A DNA stretch of 64,000 nt. Source: Candidatus Gastranaerophilaceae bacterium. GTDB taxonomy: Bacteria > Cyanobacteriota > Vampirovibrionia > Gastranaerophilales > Gastranaerophilaceae. Of this stretch, positions 62,865 through 64,000 are shown one piece after another. The stretch spans positions 30,112 to 94,111 of the forward strand of contig JAZUBS010000034.1 of the NCBI GenBank assembly GCA_045638605.1. Reading direction: 5' to 3'. Under the pieces are notes generated by a model. It had not been told where the DNA came from, did not search any database, and saw nothing but the letters and a program-made list of their open reading frames with translations. Both the position numbers and the translations under genes were made by a program. The number at the start of each line of letters is the position of its first letter. Within the stretch, counting starts at the first letter, position 1.

Positions 62865-63515
62865 ATGTGCAATAATGTAGTTATGCGTCCGACAAGTAGG
62901 GCTTTAGCTGAATTACGTTCGGCAATGAATAAGGCCGCAACCGCCGTTAAGACAAGTCCACGACGTGATAAATTAACTGATATTTTAAATGAAATAAGTC
63001 TTAGAACAAATCCAATTTCTGAAAAAAATCGTGAACTTATTGAATATAGCCGATATAATGGGCAGTTAGTGCGCACATCAAGACGCTTGTACACAAAGCA
63101 AGAAATGTTAGACCTGTTTGCATACGAAAAACAGCGCTTATCAGGAATCATTGAGGATCTGAGCAAAGAGCGTACTGAGTTGAAAGAAGAATTAAAAAGA
63201 TGGCATAGTATGATAGATCGTATTAAACTTGAGGGCGTAGATGCAAATTTAGCGTTTGCTAGTTCTTGTTTGGCTAAACTAAAAAGTTTGGATATCAATA
63301 AAGTACCTAAAATCGGTAAGTTTTATGATTATCATCATAACTCAGAAAATGTCTTTTATCGATCAGTTTCAAAAGAGGAAGTTTTAAAGATGTTGTCTCC
63401 TTCTGATGCAAAAGTTTATAAAATAGCGTGCGAAAAAGGTGTTGATTGGGATACCGCTGTTAATATGGCTAATGATATTGCTAATAATAAAAAACCTTGG
63501 TGGCGTTTTTGGTAA
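62865..63515 (+). CDS. hypothetical coiled-coil protein ending in KKPWWRFW
   Basis: AGGGA RBS 6 nt before the ATG at 62865 (the in-frame ATG at 62847 lacks an RBS). Natural K/E/L-rich composition, unlike the S/L/R/F-rich antisense ORF 62795..63298. Confidence 0.6.
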   Translation: MCNNVVMRPTSRALAELRSAMNKAATAVKTSPRRDKLTDILNEISLRTNPISEKNRELIEYSRYNGQLVRTSRRLYTKQEMLDLFAYEKQRLSGIIEDLSKERTELKEELKRWHSMIDRIKLEGVDANLAFASSCLAKLKSLDINKVPKIGKFYDYHHNSENVFYRSVSKEEVLKMLSPSDAKVYKIACEKGVDWDTAVNMANDIANNKKPWWRFW

Positions 63516-63559
63516 TTTTGAAGGTTGAGTGAAACCCAATAAATTATGAATTTAGAATG

Positions 63560-63583
63560 AAAGGTAGACTTTGGTCTACCTTT
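63560..63583 (+). terminator. REP-family hairpin acting as a likely terminator
   Basis: Perfect 10-bp stem AAAGGTAGAC/GTCTACCTTT, loop TTTG, followed by GCTATTTTTATT. Same module as 42258 and 1201. Confidence 0.6.
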
Positions 63584-63915
63584 GCTATTTTTATTCAACA
63601 ATTTGTTGTATATTTTAAAAATTTTTATTAATTTTTGTAAAACTTTTCGAAAATTTATTAAGAAATTATTACAATTTTAATAAATTTTTGAAGTTAGCAA
63701 TTGACGCCAAATCATGTTTATTATACATTTAACTATACACTAGCGGGAATGGGCTAAGAAGTTGGGGCTGGTGACTGAAACAAATAAGGTCAAGCCAAAA
63801 CTAAATAACTCAAGCTAGAGAGGCGAAAAGCCAGTTCGTTGAAAATGGAATTAAGGATATTGCCTCACGTAGCTCCGCAAGTAAAGTTACTAAGTAAACA
63901 AAAGGTAAGAACTGA

Positions 63916-63999
63916 AATGAGTACAACAAGACAAAGAATCAGAGTTTGCTTAAAGGCATATGATCATAAGCTAATCGATGTATCAGCTGAAAAAATCGT
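63916..63999 (+). CDS. rpsJ: 30S ribosomal protein S10, N-terminal part (runs off the window)
   Basis: MSTTRQRIRVCLKAYDHKLIDVSAEKIV matches the S10 N-terminus (RIRIRLKAFDHRLID...). Confidence 0.88.
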
Positions 64000-64000
64000 A

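Noticed and set aside
62795-63298. 167-aa minus-strand ORF overlapping the 62865..63515 gene
   Set aside because: Its S/L/R/F-rich composition and missing RBS indicate an antisense shadow. The plus-strand ORF has an RBS, natural composition and a downstream hairpin terminator.

Overview
AT-rich bacterial chromosomal window of about 64 kb from a diderm, flagellated organism. Gene content suggests an uncultured low-GC lineage such as Melainabacteria or a Negativicutes-like group, but that lineage call is only a guess. I support about 60 CDS. Housekeeping genes: DAHP synthase, dxs, pdxJ, obg, fabD, a gmhA-like gene, a Nox/CoADR-family oxidoreductase, yebC, a glutaredoxin, rlmD, thrC, hom, secY-rplO-rpmD-rpsE, membrane pyrophosphatase hppA, and the start of rpsJ. 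Other recognisable units are a tonB-exbB-exbD-exbD block, a fliJ-fliK-flgD-flgE flagellar sub-operon and one tRNA-Cys(GCA). There are many lineage-specific hypothetical proteins. I saw no rRNA, CRISPR array, transposase, integrase or RAYT gene. The most interesting items: (1) a compact operon of small precursor-like ORF, radical-SAM/SPASM, PqqD-like protein and second radical-SAM/SPASM (36.9-39.8 kb), which looks like an unclassified RiPP pathway; (2) a modular family of GTAG-headed GC-rich palindromic repeats (REP/REPIN-like) filling most large intergenic gaps, in one place bracketing a single gene as inverted copies and elsewhere bracketing GC-elevated non-coding inserts; (3) a hairpin-dense non-coding segment at 62.1-62.5 kb; (4) a textbook sigma-28/sigma-D promoter in front of an unknown gene; (5) a promoter-like motif GCAATTT-N18-TATATARATAAG present three times with identical spacing in front of unrelated hypothetical genes; (6) an FtsH-like protein with an intact HExxH protease site but degenerate ATPase motifs and no TM segment; (7) divergent alpha-glucan enzymes (GT5-like, GH13-like) embedded in unknown membrane-protein contexts; (8) recurring N-terminal leader-like segments shared by otherwise unrelated proteins. 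All homology calls rest on motif recognition by eye; no database search was run.
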